Positions 25,269 to 34,744 of a stretch of 64,000 bases of DNA are shown one piece after another. The translations under genes and the position numbers were made by a program. The stretch covers positions 2,144,001-2,208,000 of the forward strand of contig CAXXMD010000003.1 of assembly GCA_963675755.2 (NCBI GenBank), given 5' to 3'. The notes beneath the pieces are model-generated. The model was not told the DNA's origin. It saw only the letters and a program-made list of their open reading frames with translations, and ran no database searches. Source of the DNA: a bacterium (GTDB lineage Bacteria; Zhuqueibacterota; Zhuqueibacteria; Residuimicrobiales; Krinioviventaceae). Positions within the stretch are counted from its first letter, which is position 1, and every line of letters starts with the position of its first letter.

Positions 25269-26605
25269 CAGGTTGTTATATCTCTTTTTCGTTTGGGCCA
25301 TAATGCAAGCAGCCGCTCTTTGATGCGTTTTTCTACACCGTTTTCAGTTGGACGATAATAAGTACGTGTTTTGTTTACAACCGGGAAATAATTTTGGTCC
25401 ACAAATCCACCAAAGTCGTGCGGATATTGATAGTCCTTTTTATAGCCCATATCTTTCATCAATTTGGTGGGTGCGTTGCGTAAATGCAGCGGTACGTCAC
25501 CGGGTTTTTCTGATTTGATATCTGCCAGCGCATTGTTGATTGCAAGGTACGAAGCATTGCTCTTGGGAGCGGATGCCAGATACGTGGTCGCCTGTGCCAG
25601 TATCAGTTGCGCTTCGGGCAGGCCGATATAGGTCACTGCAGAAAATGCGGATGTAGCCACCATGAGTGCGTGTGGATCGGCATTGCCAATGTCTTCGGAT
25701 GCGGAAATGATCAGTCTGCGCGCAATGAATTTAGGATCTTCTCCCGAAGCCAGCATACGCGCCAACCAATAGATGGCAGCATCGGGATCAGAACCGCGCA
25801 CGCTTTTGATGAACGCGGAAATGACATCGTAATGATACTCGCCTTTTTTATCGTACAGCAAGGTGCGTTTTTGCATGGCCTCTTCAATGAGGTCACGATC
25901 TATGGTTTTGCCTCCGGCATCATTGGATTTGGCAAGTTGTACTGCCAGTTCCAAAGCGGTGAGCAGGTTGCGGGCATCTCCTCCGCAAAGATCCACCAAA
26001 ATGCTTTTGGCATCGTCGTTCAATGTTATATTAGCAGCCTTGAGGACCTCGTCGTTTTGCAGGGCATTGTCCAGAATGCCGTTGAGATCGTCATGGCTGA
26101 GGGGATCGAGCTTGTATACCCGGCTTCGTGACAGCAGTGCCGAGATCACCTCAAAGCTGGGGTTTTCGGTAGTTGCACCGATTAGCAGAATGGTTCCGTC
26201 TTCAACGCTGTGCAGCAGAGCATCCTGCTGGGATTTGTTGAAACGGTGGATTTCGTCGATAAACAGGATGGTACGTGCGCCCATTTTCTGGTTCTCGCGC
26301 GCTTTTTTAATGACTTGACGGATATCTGCAACGCCGGCAGTAACCGCGCTGATGGCGTTAAAGTCGGACTTGCTCTCGTTAGCTACTACGCGCGCCAGAG
26401 TGGTCTTGCCCACACCCGGCGGGCCCCAGAATATCATGGAAACCAGCTTGTCTGATTCTATTGCGCGCCGCAGGATCTTGTCCGGACCCAGCAAATGCTG
26501 CTGACCGGCGATCTGGTCCAGAGTTTCGGGACGCATGCGGTCTGCCAGGGGACGATAGACGTTTTTCTGCTTTTGCTTTGGGTTATGTTGTTCGAATAAA
26601 TCCAA
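25268..26605 (-). CDS. rarA: Replication-associated recombination protein A (MgsA/RarA)
   Basis: PLADRMRP, Walker A GPPGVGKT, FIDEIHRFNK, ATTENP and SAFIKSVRGSDPD. Confidence 0.96.
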   Translation of the reverse strand: MDLFEQHNPKQKQKNVYRPLADRMRPETLDQIAGQQHLLGPDKILRRAIESDKLVSMIFWGPPGVGKTTLARVVANESKSDFNAISAVTAGVADIRQVIKKARENQKMGARTILFIDEIHRFNKSQQDALLHSVEDGTILLIGATTENPSFEVISALLSRSRVYKLDPLSHDDLNGILDNALQNDEVLKAANITLNDDAKSILVDLCGGDARNLLTALELAVQLAKSNDAGGKTIDRDLIEEAMQKRTLLYDKKGEYHYDVISAFIKSVRGSDPDAAIYWLARMLASGEDPKFIARRLIISASEDIGNADPHALMVATSAFSAVTYIGLPEAQLILAQATTYLASAPKSNASYLAINNALADIKSEKPGDVPLHLRNAPTKLMKDMGYKKDYQYPHDFGGFVDQNYFPVVNKTRTYYRPTENGVEKRIKERLLALWPKRKRDITT

Positions 26606-26816
26606 TATTTCTGCCTGTTTATAGATAATCTGGTAATTTACGCAAATTTCTCAGGAATTGCAAGATGCTTCGGCATGTTGGATGCGGAAGAAACGCTATT
26701 CTTGTCTAACTGCTGTCAGGCAAATTTGTTCGATAATATTTGTTAATGGATCTGGGAAAATGATTTGTTAATGTGTTTAACTGGATGGTTATTGTGATTC
26801 GTTTGAGTAAAGCCTG

Positions 26817-26846
26817 CGTAACCAGGCAGAGCCCGGGCACGAGAAG
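26817..26846 (+). repeat. REP-like palindrome, copy 1
   Basis: CGTAACCAGGCAGAGCCCGGGCACGAGAAG; 29/30 identical to 27153-27182. Confidence 0.8.
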
Positions 26847-26914
26847 AAAGGATGCGTTAATGTGTCTTGACAGGCTGATTGTTTCCCTCCGTTTTACTCG
26901 ATGAATAAATTATG

Positions 26915-26937
26915 GTGACGGAGATCAACTCCGTCAC
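26915..26937. repeat. Perfect 9-bp hairpin
   Basis: GTGACGGAG-ATCAA-CTCCGTCAC. Confidence 0.7.
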
Positions 26938-27110
26938 GATCGTTCGAGAGGGGGATTTGTTTGGGAAAAAACTGTGGTTTATTTTAATTTTGATTTTTCG
27001 TATATTAACACCTTGTTTTGACAGTATTAACCGCAATACACATCAGGCTGTTTTCAGCATTTTGACTGGTGTATGTTGCGGTTATTGTTTTTATAGAAAT
27101 TAAATTATTA

Positions 27111-27264
27111 ATTCTGGTTCCGGGGTACTATTCTGGAATCAAGAATTATTTCCGTACCCAGGCAGAGCCCGGGCACGAGAAGATAGCAACATAGAATTCT
27201 GGTTTCGGAGTACTATACTGGAGCCAATTATTTACCTCGTACCCGGCAAAAGTCCGGGCGCGAG
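27111..27264 (+). repeat. Composite tandem repeat (about 84-bp period) of two alternating palindromes, BIME-like
   Basis: AATTCTGGTTCCGGGGTACTATTCTGGAATC (27111) and AATTCTGGTTTCGGAGTACTATACTGGAGCC (27195), each followed by a CGTACCC...CCGGGC.CGAG palindrome (27153, 27238). Confidence 0.75.
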
Positions 27265-27298
27265 TATGTATATATTATATGAAAGAAATGAGAGTAAC

Positions 27299-28645
27299 AT
27301 GAAGCAGATCCATATTCCTGAAAAATTTCCCTTTAGTGTAAAGAAATGGCCGTTTTTTTACGGTTATATGATAGCGGTTTGCAGTGTGATGGGCTTTGTA
27401 GTCAGCGCACCGGGACAAACCATTGGTGTGTCGGTCTTTACCGATTATTTGATTGACGTACTGGGTTTGACGCGCTTTCAGCTTAGTCTTGCCTATACAC
27501 TGGGTACTATTGGCAGTTCGTTCATTATCGCGCGCGTGGGTACGTTACTGGATTCACTGGGCACGCGATTGATTGCGCTGGTAACATCGATTTTATTTGG
27601 ATTGTCATTGTTCTACATGAGTCAGGTGGACCATATAGCACTTGGATTGAGCGGTGCTTTGAGTGGTTTGGCAGCAACAGTAGTGGTCATGGCAACCATT
27701 ACGTTTGGGTTTTTATCCATACGGTTTCTGGGACAAGGCGTATTGGCATTAGCCAGCAGAACCCTGCTTATGCGCTGGTTCGACGAACTGCGCGGTCGTA
27801 TAAATAGCCTGGTTGGCGTGTTTATCAGTTTAATGTTTTCCGCATCCCCGCTGGTGTTTGAGGTGATGATCCGGAATTATACCGAACGCGGAGCCTGGAT
27901 GGTTATGGCGCTGATTATTGGGCTAGGGTTCTCTGCGTTTGTGTTGGTGTTTATCCGCAATACACCAGAGGGCAGTGGACTGCTTCCGGATGGTGGTAAA
28001 CATGTCAACCACGAAAAAAAGAAAGCGGAAGATGCGGCAAGCTGGACCCTGAAGCAGGCAAAACGCAACTATACCTTCTGGGTGTTCAACCTGGGTTTGT
28101 CAATGTTTTCACTGTTTTACACCGCGGTAACGTTCCACATAGTCTCGATCTTTGGTGAAGCCGGAATGCCCCGGCACGAGGCCATATCCATCTTTTTGCC
28201 GGGCTCGTTTATTGCGGTCTTTATTAACCTGGCATCGGGTGCACTTTTAGATACTAGAGTTTTAAAGTATCGTATGAAATATATGCTGATGGTTTTGATT
28301 TTGGGTTTATCTCTAACGGGTGTAGGAGTGCTTATGCTGCATTCCGGTATTGGAAAATATATTATTATATTGGGAAACGGTATTGCCAGCGGCATGTTCG
28401 GCAATGCATCCACAGTAATATGGCCGCGTTATTTTGGCAGAAAGCATTTGGGTGCTATTAACGGATACAATATGTCGTACCTGGTGTTTGCAAGCGCTAT
28501 TGGTCCCTCGGTATTTGGATTGTCATACAGTGTTTTTGGAGATTATCGCTCCGCGGTTTGGATCTGCCTGGCGGTAATGGTGCTGCTCATTCTAATCAGC
28601 TTCAAGGCAGACCGTCCGCATTTGCCTGCTGCAGAAATGGAGTAA
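27299..28645 (+). CDS. MFS transporter
   Basis: About 12 TM helices; SAPGQT, GTLLDSLGTR (motif A-like) and YFGRKHLGAING. Confidence 0.88.
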   Translation: MKQIHIPEKFPFSVKKWPFFYGYMIAVCSVMGFVVSAPGQTIGVSVFTDYLIDVLGLTRFQLSLAYTLGTIGSSFIIARVGTLLDSLGTRLIALVTSILFGLSLFYMSQVDHIALGLSGALSGLAATVVVMATITFGFLSIRFLGQGVLALASRTLLMRWFDELRGRINSLVGVFISLMFSASPLVFEVMIRNYTERGAWMVMALIIGLGFSAFVLVFIRNTPEGSGLLPDGGKHVNHEKKKAEDAASWTLKQAKRNYTFWVFNLGLSMFSLFYTAVTFHIVSIFGEAGMPRHEAISIFLPGSFIAVFINLASGALLDTRVLKYRMKYMLMVLILGLSLTGVGVLMLHSGIGKYIIILGNGIASGMFGNASTVIWPRYFGRKHLGAINGYNMSYLVFASAIGPSVFGLSYSVFGDYRSAVWICLAVMVLLILISFKADRPHLPAAEME

Positions 28646-28652
28646 TCCTGTT

Positions 28653-29552
28653 ATGTGGTTATACCTGGGCATTATCTCTGCTCTGTTTTTAGGATTTTAT
28701 GAAGTTGGCCGCAAACATGCGGTGCATGAAAATGCCGCTTTTCCGGTGTTGTGGATGTCTACGCTGACAGGAACCGCTCTTGTTGTTCCGGTTATTTTGC
28801 TGTCAATAGTCAAGCCAGAAATGATGCAGTCGGTTTCGCTCTATGTACCCAAGCTACCCATGTCGGTGCATATACTGATTTTGATCAAGGTGATGCTGGT
28901 TGGTACATCGTGGACTTTGGAAATGTTTGCGTTAAAACATTTACCCATTTCCATTTATCTGCCAATCCGAGCTACATCACCATTCTGGACGCTTTTAGGC
29001 GCCATATTTATCTTTCACGAGGCACCCAGTTCTATGCAATGGATTGGGCTGGTACTGATTTTGGGTTCGTATTATGCGTTTACCGTGTTGGGCAATAAGG
29101 AAGGAATCTCTTTCAAGAATAACCGATGGGTGTACAGTGTAATTGTTGCAACAATCTTTGGCGCTACCTGTGGTTTGTACGACAAGTATATGATACAAAA
29201 GCTTGGTATTACCCCTATTGTGATCCTTTCCTGGTTTTTTGTATATATCAGTATTGTATATACTGTGATCATGTTTGTTATGTATCGCAAGAAAATGCTG
29301 ACCTCGATGCATTTTGAATGGCGTTGGAGCATACCACTGATTGGTATCTTTTTGACCTTGTCTGATTTTATGTATTTCAAAGCCATTAATGTAGAGGGTG
29401 CATTGATCTCGCTCGTCATGGCAGTGCGACGGTTAAATTCCATTGTGTCGTTTTTAATTGGTGGGGCCATGTTTAAAGAGCAGAATATGCGGTTAAAGTT
29501 TTTTGCATTGGCAGGTGTAATTGCCGGTGTATTTTTTCTGTTATTTTCATAA
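28653..29552 (+). CDS. DMT/EamA-family transporter
   Basis: About 10 TM helices in two repeated halves (ALKHLPIS..P, IFHE, MFKE). Confidence 0.85.
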   Translation: MWLYLGIISALFLGFYEVGRKHAVHENAAFPVLWMSTLTGTALVVPVILLSIVKPEMMQSVSLYVPKLPMSVHILILIKVMLVGTSWTLEMFALKHLPISIYLPIRATSPFWTLLGAIFIFHEAPSSMQWIGLVLILGSYYAFTVLGNKEGISFKNNRWVYSVIVATIFGATCGLYDKYMIQKLGITPIVILSWFFVYISIVYTVIMFVMYRKKMLTSMHFEWRWSIPLIGIFLTLSDFMYFKAINVEGALISLVMAVRRLNSIVSFLIGGAMFKEQNMRLKFFALAGVIAGVFFLLFS

Positions 29553-29618
29553 CAAAATCTTGATATTGAACAAAAGTTTCGTTAATTATATATAATATAT
29601 TTTCCAAAGGAGATCCAT

Positions 29619-30770
29619 ACGGAACGGTTTATTGAAATAAAGCCCAAAGACGGTGAACGGTTACCCGAGTGGAAACGTGTCGTCATCAAAGTGGGCAGTA
29701 CATTGGTTACCGCAGGCGGTAAAAAAGCCAGCACAAAATATTTGCTGGATATTGCCAGCTTTATCATCGAGTGTCATAATCGCGGTAAAGAAGTGATTCT
29801 GGTATCGTCCGGTGCAGTGGCAGCGGGATTGTCTACACAGGTACAGTTTACTTCAAAAGCGCAATGCACAATCCCTGAAAAACAGGCTTTGGCTGCTATT
29901 GGACAGTCTCAGCTTATGACATTGTGGAGCAGAATGTTTGATTTTCCCTGCGCGCAGATATTGTTGACATTTGATGATTTGTTGAATCGCAGGCGGTTTG
30001 TAAATGCCAAAAATACCATTACCGAATTGTTGAATATGAACACCCTGCCCATTGTCAACGAGAATGATACAGTTGCCGTGGACGAGCTGCGGGTAGGTGA
30101 TAATGATAATCTGGCCGCGCATGTAGCAGTGCTTGCGGAAGCCGATTTGTTGATCATTTGCTCTGATATTGATGGTTTGTATGATGCAGATCCGCGTGAA
30201 AATCCAAAAGCAAATCTTATTACACGTGTAGACACGATTAATGAAGAAATATATAAACTCGCCAAAGATACCAAAACCCATATCGCTACCGGGGGAATGG
30301 TAACCAAAATTCAGGCGGCTGAAAAGGCCACCTCTGGCGGAATCAATACCGTGATCATGAACGGCACCAAACGCGGATTTTTTGAAATGTTGTTGAACGG
30401 CATTGTCTGTGGAACGATTTTTTACAAATCACCTCGTCCGGTCAAGGGAAAAAAACACTGGATGCTGCACGCCAAACCCAGTAAAGGCAAAGTTTATATA
30501 GACGCGGGTGCGGTTCTGGCTATCACTGAAAGAGGTGCATCGCTGCTGCCTTCGGGTATACAAAAACTAGAGGGTGAATTTGCAGCTGGTGAAGCAGTAG
30601 ATATTTTACAGATTGAAGAGAATAAAATGATTGCCAAGGGTATTTGTCAATATAACCATATTGATCTGGAAAAAATAGCCGGCAAAAAAAGTAAAGAAAT
30701 TGAAAATATATTGGATGGTATGTATTCCGATGTGGTTGTTCATCGCGATGAAATGGTACTGTTAGGATAG
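29619..30770 (+). CDS. proB: Glutamate 5-kinase with PUA domain; inferred non-canonical ACG start
   Basis: KRVVIKVGS, VSSGAV, PIVNENDTV, GDNDNLAA and TGGMVTK motifs plus PUA domain. The ORF-track GTG at 29691 falls inside the KVGS motif. The gene call is strong; the start position is inferred. Confidence 0.93.
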   Translation, partial: TERFIEIKPKDGERLPEWKRVVIKVGSTLVTAGGKKASTKYLLDIASFIIECHNRGKEVILVSSGAVAAGLSTQVQFTSKAQCTIPEKQALAAIGQSQLMTLWSRMFDFPCAQILLTFDDLLNRRRFVNAKNTITELLNMNTLPIVNENDTVAVDELRVGDNDNLAAHVAVLAEADLLIICSDIDGLYDADPRENPKANLITRVDTINEEIYKLAKDTKTHIATGGMVTKIQAAEKATSGGINTVIMNGTKRGFFEMLLNGIVCGTIFYKSPRPVKGKKHWMLHAKPSKGKVYIDAGAVLAITERGASLLPSGIQKLEGEFAAGEAVDILQIEENKMIAKGICQYNHIDLEKIAGKKSKEIENILDGMYSDVVVHRDEMVLLG

Positions 30771-30780
30771 AGGAGCGAAT

Positions 30781-32049
30781 ATGAGTGCAAATAATACTGA
30801 ATTGTTGGATATTGCCCGTTCATGCAAAGCGGCTTCGCATCAACTGGCCCGTGTGGGTACTGCTGAAAAGAATAAAGCCTTGTTACTAATTGCTGACCAG
30901 TTGGAAAAAGATAAAGAAACGATTTTTGCAGCCAATGCCATTGATGTAGAAAACGGCAAAAAGCGGGAATTATCATCCGCAATGATAGACCGGTTGATTT
31001 TGAACGAAAAACGTATTGCCGGAATGACAGACGCATTGCGACAGGTTGCATCCTTTGACGATCCGGTAGGTGAGATCAGTGAGATCCGTAAACGTCCTAG
31101 CGGCATTGAAGTGGGTATGATGCGTATTCCCCTGGGCGTGATCTCTATCATATACGAATCCCGTCCTAATGTAACTTCTGACGCAGCCGGACTTTGTCTC
31201 AAGGCGGGTAACGCGGTGCTATTGCGCGGTGGATCAGAGGCGTTCAATTCCAACAAGGCCATTGTAGATTCCATGCACAAAGCGCTGGCAGAAACAGAAA
31301 TACCCCCTGAAGCCATCTCGTTTGTGCCTACAACCGACAGGGCAGTTATGGTAGACATGTTGAAACTGGATGAATTCATTGATCTGGTTATACCCCGCGG
31401 TGGAGAGGGATTGATCCGTTTTGTTGCCGAGAACAGCCGAATTCCTGTTATCAAGCATTACAAAGGCGTGTGCCATCTGTATGTAGATAAAGACGCAGAA
31501 CCTGAAATGGCGGTTGACCTGTTGATAGACGGCAAAACCTCGCGTCCCGGTGTTTGTAATGCGCTGGAAACACTGCTCGTTCATAAAGATATTGCACAAA
31601 CATATCTGCCGCTTGCAAAAGCAGCAATGGATAAGCGTGGAGTAGAATTGCGCGGATGTGCAGAGACTATAAAAGTGCTGCCCGGCATTCCGGAAGCGAC
31701 GGAAGATGATTATTACGCAGAGTATTTGTCTCTGGTAATCGCAGTAAAAATTGTCAACAGTTATGACGAAGCTGTGGAACACATTGTAAAATATGGTTCA
31801 GATCACACCGAAGTTATCGCAACCAACAGCATGCAAACCGCCAGAGCCTTTCAGCGTGATGTGAACTCTTCAGTGGTTTGTGTGAATGCTTCTTCCCGGT
31901 TTTCTGATGGTGGGGAACTGGGCCTGGGTGCAGAGATTGGTATCTCTACTACAAAACTGCATGCGTTTGGTCCTATGGGACTTGAAGCGCTTACAACCCG
32001 CAAGTTTATTGTAACCGGAAATGGCGAAACTCGCCACCCTGTTGATTGA
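30781..32049 (+). CDS. proA: Gamma-glutamyl phosphate reductase
   Basis: IYESRPNVT, LRGGSEA, IPRGG, CNALE and GAEIGISTTKLHAFGP. Confidence 0.97.
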   Translation: MSANNTELLDIARSCKAASHQLARVGTAEKNKALLLIADQLEKDKETIFAANAIDVENGKKRELSSAMIDRLILNEKRIAGMTDALRQVASFDDPVGEISEIRKRPSGIEVGMMRIPLGVISIIYESRPNVTSDAAGLCLKAGNAVLLRGGSEAFNSNKAIVDSMHKALAETEIPPEAISFVPTTDRAVMVDMLKLDEFIDLVIPRGGEGLIRFVAENSRIPVIKHYKGVCHLYVDKDAEPEMAVDLLIDGKTSRPGVCNALETLLVHKDIAQTYLPLAKAAMDKRGVELRGCAETIKVLPGIPEATEDDYYAEYLSLVIAVKIVNSYDEAVEHIVKYGSDHTEVIATNSMQTARAFQRDVNSSVVCVNASSRFSDGGELGLGAEIGISTTKLHAFGPMGLEALTTRKFIVTGNGETRHPVD

Positions 32050-32141
32050 TTCTGTGAAATAATGTCTTGGATTTATGCGGGGCATTTTTGTATATTTAGA
32101 CGATGACACATTTTTTATCTAGTTTTGGGAGTAGTTTCTGA

Positions 32142-32750
32142 ATGAAAACCTGGAAAAACATCAAAGACGTTCAAGATCATAAATCACTATTTGTCTGGCG
32201 TCATCGAAATATAAACCAGTTTTATTCCAAAATATTTACCTGGCTGTTGGGAGGCTTTGTAGCCGGAATTTTAACATCACTGTTTTTTCTTACTATTTCC
32301 ATGCCTGACCTTTCCCTTCCTACCGCGAGGATTGCTTTCTTTATAGTAACAGTAGCCGGAATAATCAGTTCTTTTTACAGGGCTGTTGTTAACGGTCTGG
32401 AATATCGGTTAACCGACAAGGGTGTTGTACATATTCATCCTTATGTGGGTATTGAACCTTTGGCAGAAGCCATGGGAAAAATTAAAGTTTTTAGTCCGAA
32501 ATATGAGTTTATTCCCTGGACAGAGGTTAGAGAAATCAGCGATGAAGACGAAGAATTTATTCTTGTGATGAAAGAAAAAGAACCGGTTAACATTGGAGTA
32601 TCTCCTCTGGCTATGTATAATGATTATGAGACAGAAAGTGAACCGGTAATATTTACAAAATGGTTCGAAAAAAAGAACCCTGCGTTTTCCAGTGTTTTAA
32701 AACTGATCGTTAAAAAGGGCCGAGAGGCTAAAAAGAATAATGGCAATTAA
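32142..32750 (+). CDS. Hypothetical membrane protein (2 TM plus soluble domain)
   Basis: 202-aa ORF with GGGAG RBS and two hydrophobic helices. Confidence 0.7.
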   Translation: MKTWKNIKDVQDHKSLFVWRHRNINQFYSKIFTWLLGGFVAGILTSLFFLTISMPDLSLPTARIAFFIVTVAGIISSFYRAVVNGLEYRLTDKGVVHIHPYVGIEPLAEAMGKIKVFSPKYEFIPWTEVREISDEDEEFILVMKEKEPVNIGVSPLAMYNDYETESEPVIFTKWFEKKNPAFSSVLKLIVKKGREAKKNNGN

Positions 32751-32784
32751 TTAACCTGATCTTAAAAATCAGAGGAGTGACCAC

Positions 32785-33579
32785 ATGCCGAATCGGATTA
32801 CTCCCATTGACGTATCCACCTATGCTAACCCGGAGATATTTCGGTTAGGTGAAAAAATATTCGAGAACGATCTCGTTAAATACAGATTTTTAACTGATTA
32901 CGGCTTGCGTGCAACGGTAAGGGGCAAAGGCAAGTATCAGGTTGAAATGATTGTTGAAGACGAGCAATTGTTCGGTCGCTGTAATTGTGTCGCCGGCAGC
33001 AGTCCTTGCGAACACAAGGTTGCAGCTCTGTTGTCATGGCTGAACGAACCTGAAACTTTTATCAGTGTTGATAAATTAAGACGAACCATCAAGGGGTTGG
33101 ACAAGAATGCCATTGTTGAAGTCATTCTTAATCTTGTAGAGATTTTCCCGGAATTGTGTCATTTTTTCATACATCCTCAAGATACGGATGAAGTTACTTC
33201 TCTTCGGGAATATGTGGCAGATATATTTGATTTTCCACACAAGGAAAAGATAAATCCATCAGAAATAATTGAACCCAGCAAGATCCTTTTTGTCTATGCA
33301 AAATATTTACGTCATGAGAACAAGTGGCGTCAGGCAAGAATACTGTTGTTTGAGATTTTAAACCGCATTCTGGCACTGATTGACCATAATCAGTTATCCT
33401 ATCCATTTCAGGACAGCTTTATAGCGGGTATTGCTGATGATTATATTGATATTGTTTTAACAGATCCGGAACCTGATGAATCCTATCGGGAAGAGATACG
33501 CAATGAAGTAAAAGAACTACTTGAGCATCCAAGTGCAGACGAGTATGGAATCGTCCTGGAGCCTCTAAATAGTCAATAA
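32785..33579 (+). CDS. SWIM zinc-finger protein
   Basis: CNC...PCEHKVAALL (CxC-xn-CxH); GAGGAG RBS. Confidence 0.8.
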   Translation: MPNRITPIDVSTYANPEIFRLGEKIFENDLVKYRFLTDYGLRATVRGKGKYQVEMIVEDEQLFGRCNCVAGSSPCEHKVAALLSWLNEPETFISVDKLRRTIKGLDKNAIVEVILNLVEIFPELCHFFIHPQDTDEVTSLREYVADIFDFPHKEKINPSEIIEPSKILFVYAKYLRHENKWRQARILLFEILNRILALIDHNQLSYPFQDSFIAGIADDYIDIVLTDPEPDESYREEIRNEVKELLEHPSADEYGIVLEPLNSQ

Positions 33580-33634
33580 CTGAATACGTATATTATTAAT
33601 CAATTTCATATAACCTCAGCGAACGGAGTGTATT

Positions 33635-34732
33635 ATGGCTGAACTGTATATTCCTTTAGACTACTTGAAAAAATTCATGCATGCTTCTTTGGGTAAAGCC
33701 GGTGTACCTGAATCCGATATACCCATAGTTGTAGATGTGCTTTTGAAATCTGATATCCGTGGTATACGTTCACACGGCATTGGCCGTTTGAAAATGTATC
33801 TGGATTTTATCAAAGATGGTGTGCAGACACCGGTTACCAAGCTTGAAATTGTAAACGAGACCCCGGGAACCGCATTGATTGACGGCCATTTTGGAATGGG
33901 GCATGTTATATCCTATCAGGCTATGAATCTTGCTATTGAAAAAGCCGATAACGTAGGTATAGGCGCAGTAGCCGTGCGGAATTCCACCCATTTTGGTATA
34001 TGCGGATATTATCCTCTTATGGCGGCGGAAAAAGATATGATTGGTTTTACCGTTACCAATGCACGTCCATCTGTTGCGCCCACTTTTGGCGCAGAGCCCA
34101 TGTTTGGCACCAATCCAATAGCTTTTTCTGCACCGTCAGATGAAGGTCATCCTTATTTGTTAGATATGGCTACTTCTATTATACAGCGTGGTAAAGTTGA
34201 AACTTTGGACCGTGCAGGCAAACCTGTTCCTGAAGGTCTGATCATTGACAATGAAGGCAACTTTCAACACGATGCAACAAAGATTCTGGGATTGTTCAAA
34301 GACAGAAAAGCTGCCTTGCTAGCACTTGGAGGTTTGGGTGAAGATTTGGGCGGCCATAAAGGTTACGGTCTTGCGTTGATGGTAGAGATCCTTTCATCAG
34401 CTTTGAGTGGTGGTCCGTTCTCATGGGGACTGTCAGGGTTTGATGAAGACGGGAAAAAGATCCCGAATCGTTTGGGTCATTTCTTCATGGCTATCAAAGT
34501 TTCGAACTTTATTGATATTAACGAGTTCAAATCCATAGTGGGTAATATTCAGCGAGCAATGCGCAATGCTGAAAAACTGCCGGGACAAGATAGAATCTAT
34601 ACACATGGCGAAAAAGGTTTTATGCGCGAAGAAAAGATTAAAAAGCAAGGTGTACCCATTAACGACGCTATGCAAAAAACCATGAAAAATATTGTAAAAG
34701 ATTATGAACTCGATTTTGAACTGCCATTTTAA
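33635..34732 (+). CDS. Type-2 malate/L-lactate dehydrogenase family oxidoreductase (Ldh_2)
   Basis: RGIRSHG, RNSTHFG, GTNPIAF, LDMATS and GGHKGYGL. Confidence 0.9.
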   Translation: MAELYIPLDYLKKFMHASLGKAGVPESDIPIVVDVLLKSDIRGIRSHGIGRLKMYLDFIKDGVQTPVTKLEIVNETPGTALIDGHFGMGHVISYQAMNLAIEKADNVGIGAVAVRNSTHFGICGYYPLMAAEKDMIGFTVTNARPSVAPTFGAEPMFGTNPIAFSAPSDEGHPYLLDMATSIIQRGKVETLDRAGKPVPEGLIIDNEGNFQHDATKILGLFKDRKAALLALGGLGEDLGGHKGYGLALMVEILSSALSGGPFSWGLSGFDEDGKKIPNRLGHFFMAIKVSNFIDINEFKSIVGNIQRAMRNAEKLPGQDRIYTHGEKGFMREEKIKKQGVPINDAMQKTMKNIVKDYELDFELPF

Positions 34733-34744
34733 CGAGGACTAGTT

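Noticed and set aside
26912-27103. 63-aa ORF in the rarA-MFS gap
   Set aside because: Starts in a hairpin, has no RBS and no recognisable motif.
26817-27264. Possible CRISPR array (30-nt repeats)
   Set aside because: Irregular spacing (336 and about 85 nt), self-similar intervening DNA and no cas genes; fits REP elements better.
22518-28645. Visibly higher GC across lptD, rarA and the MFS gene, suggesting horizontal transfer
   Set aside because: Judged by eye only; the genes are core functions and there is no integrase or att site.
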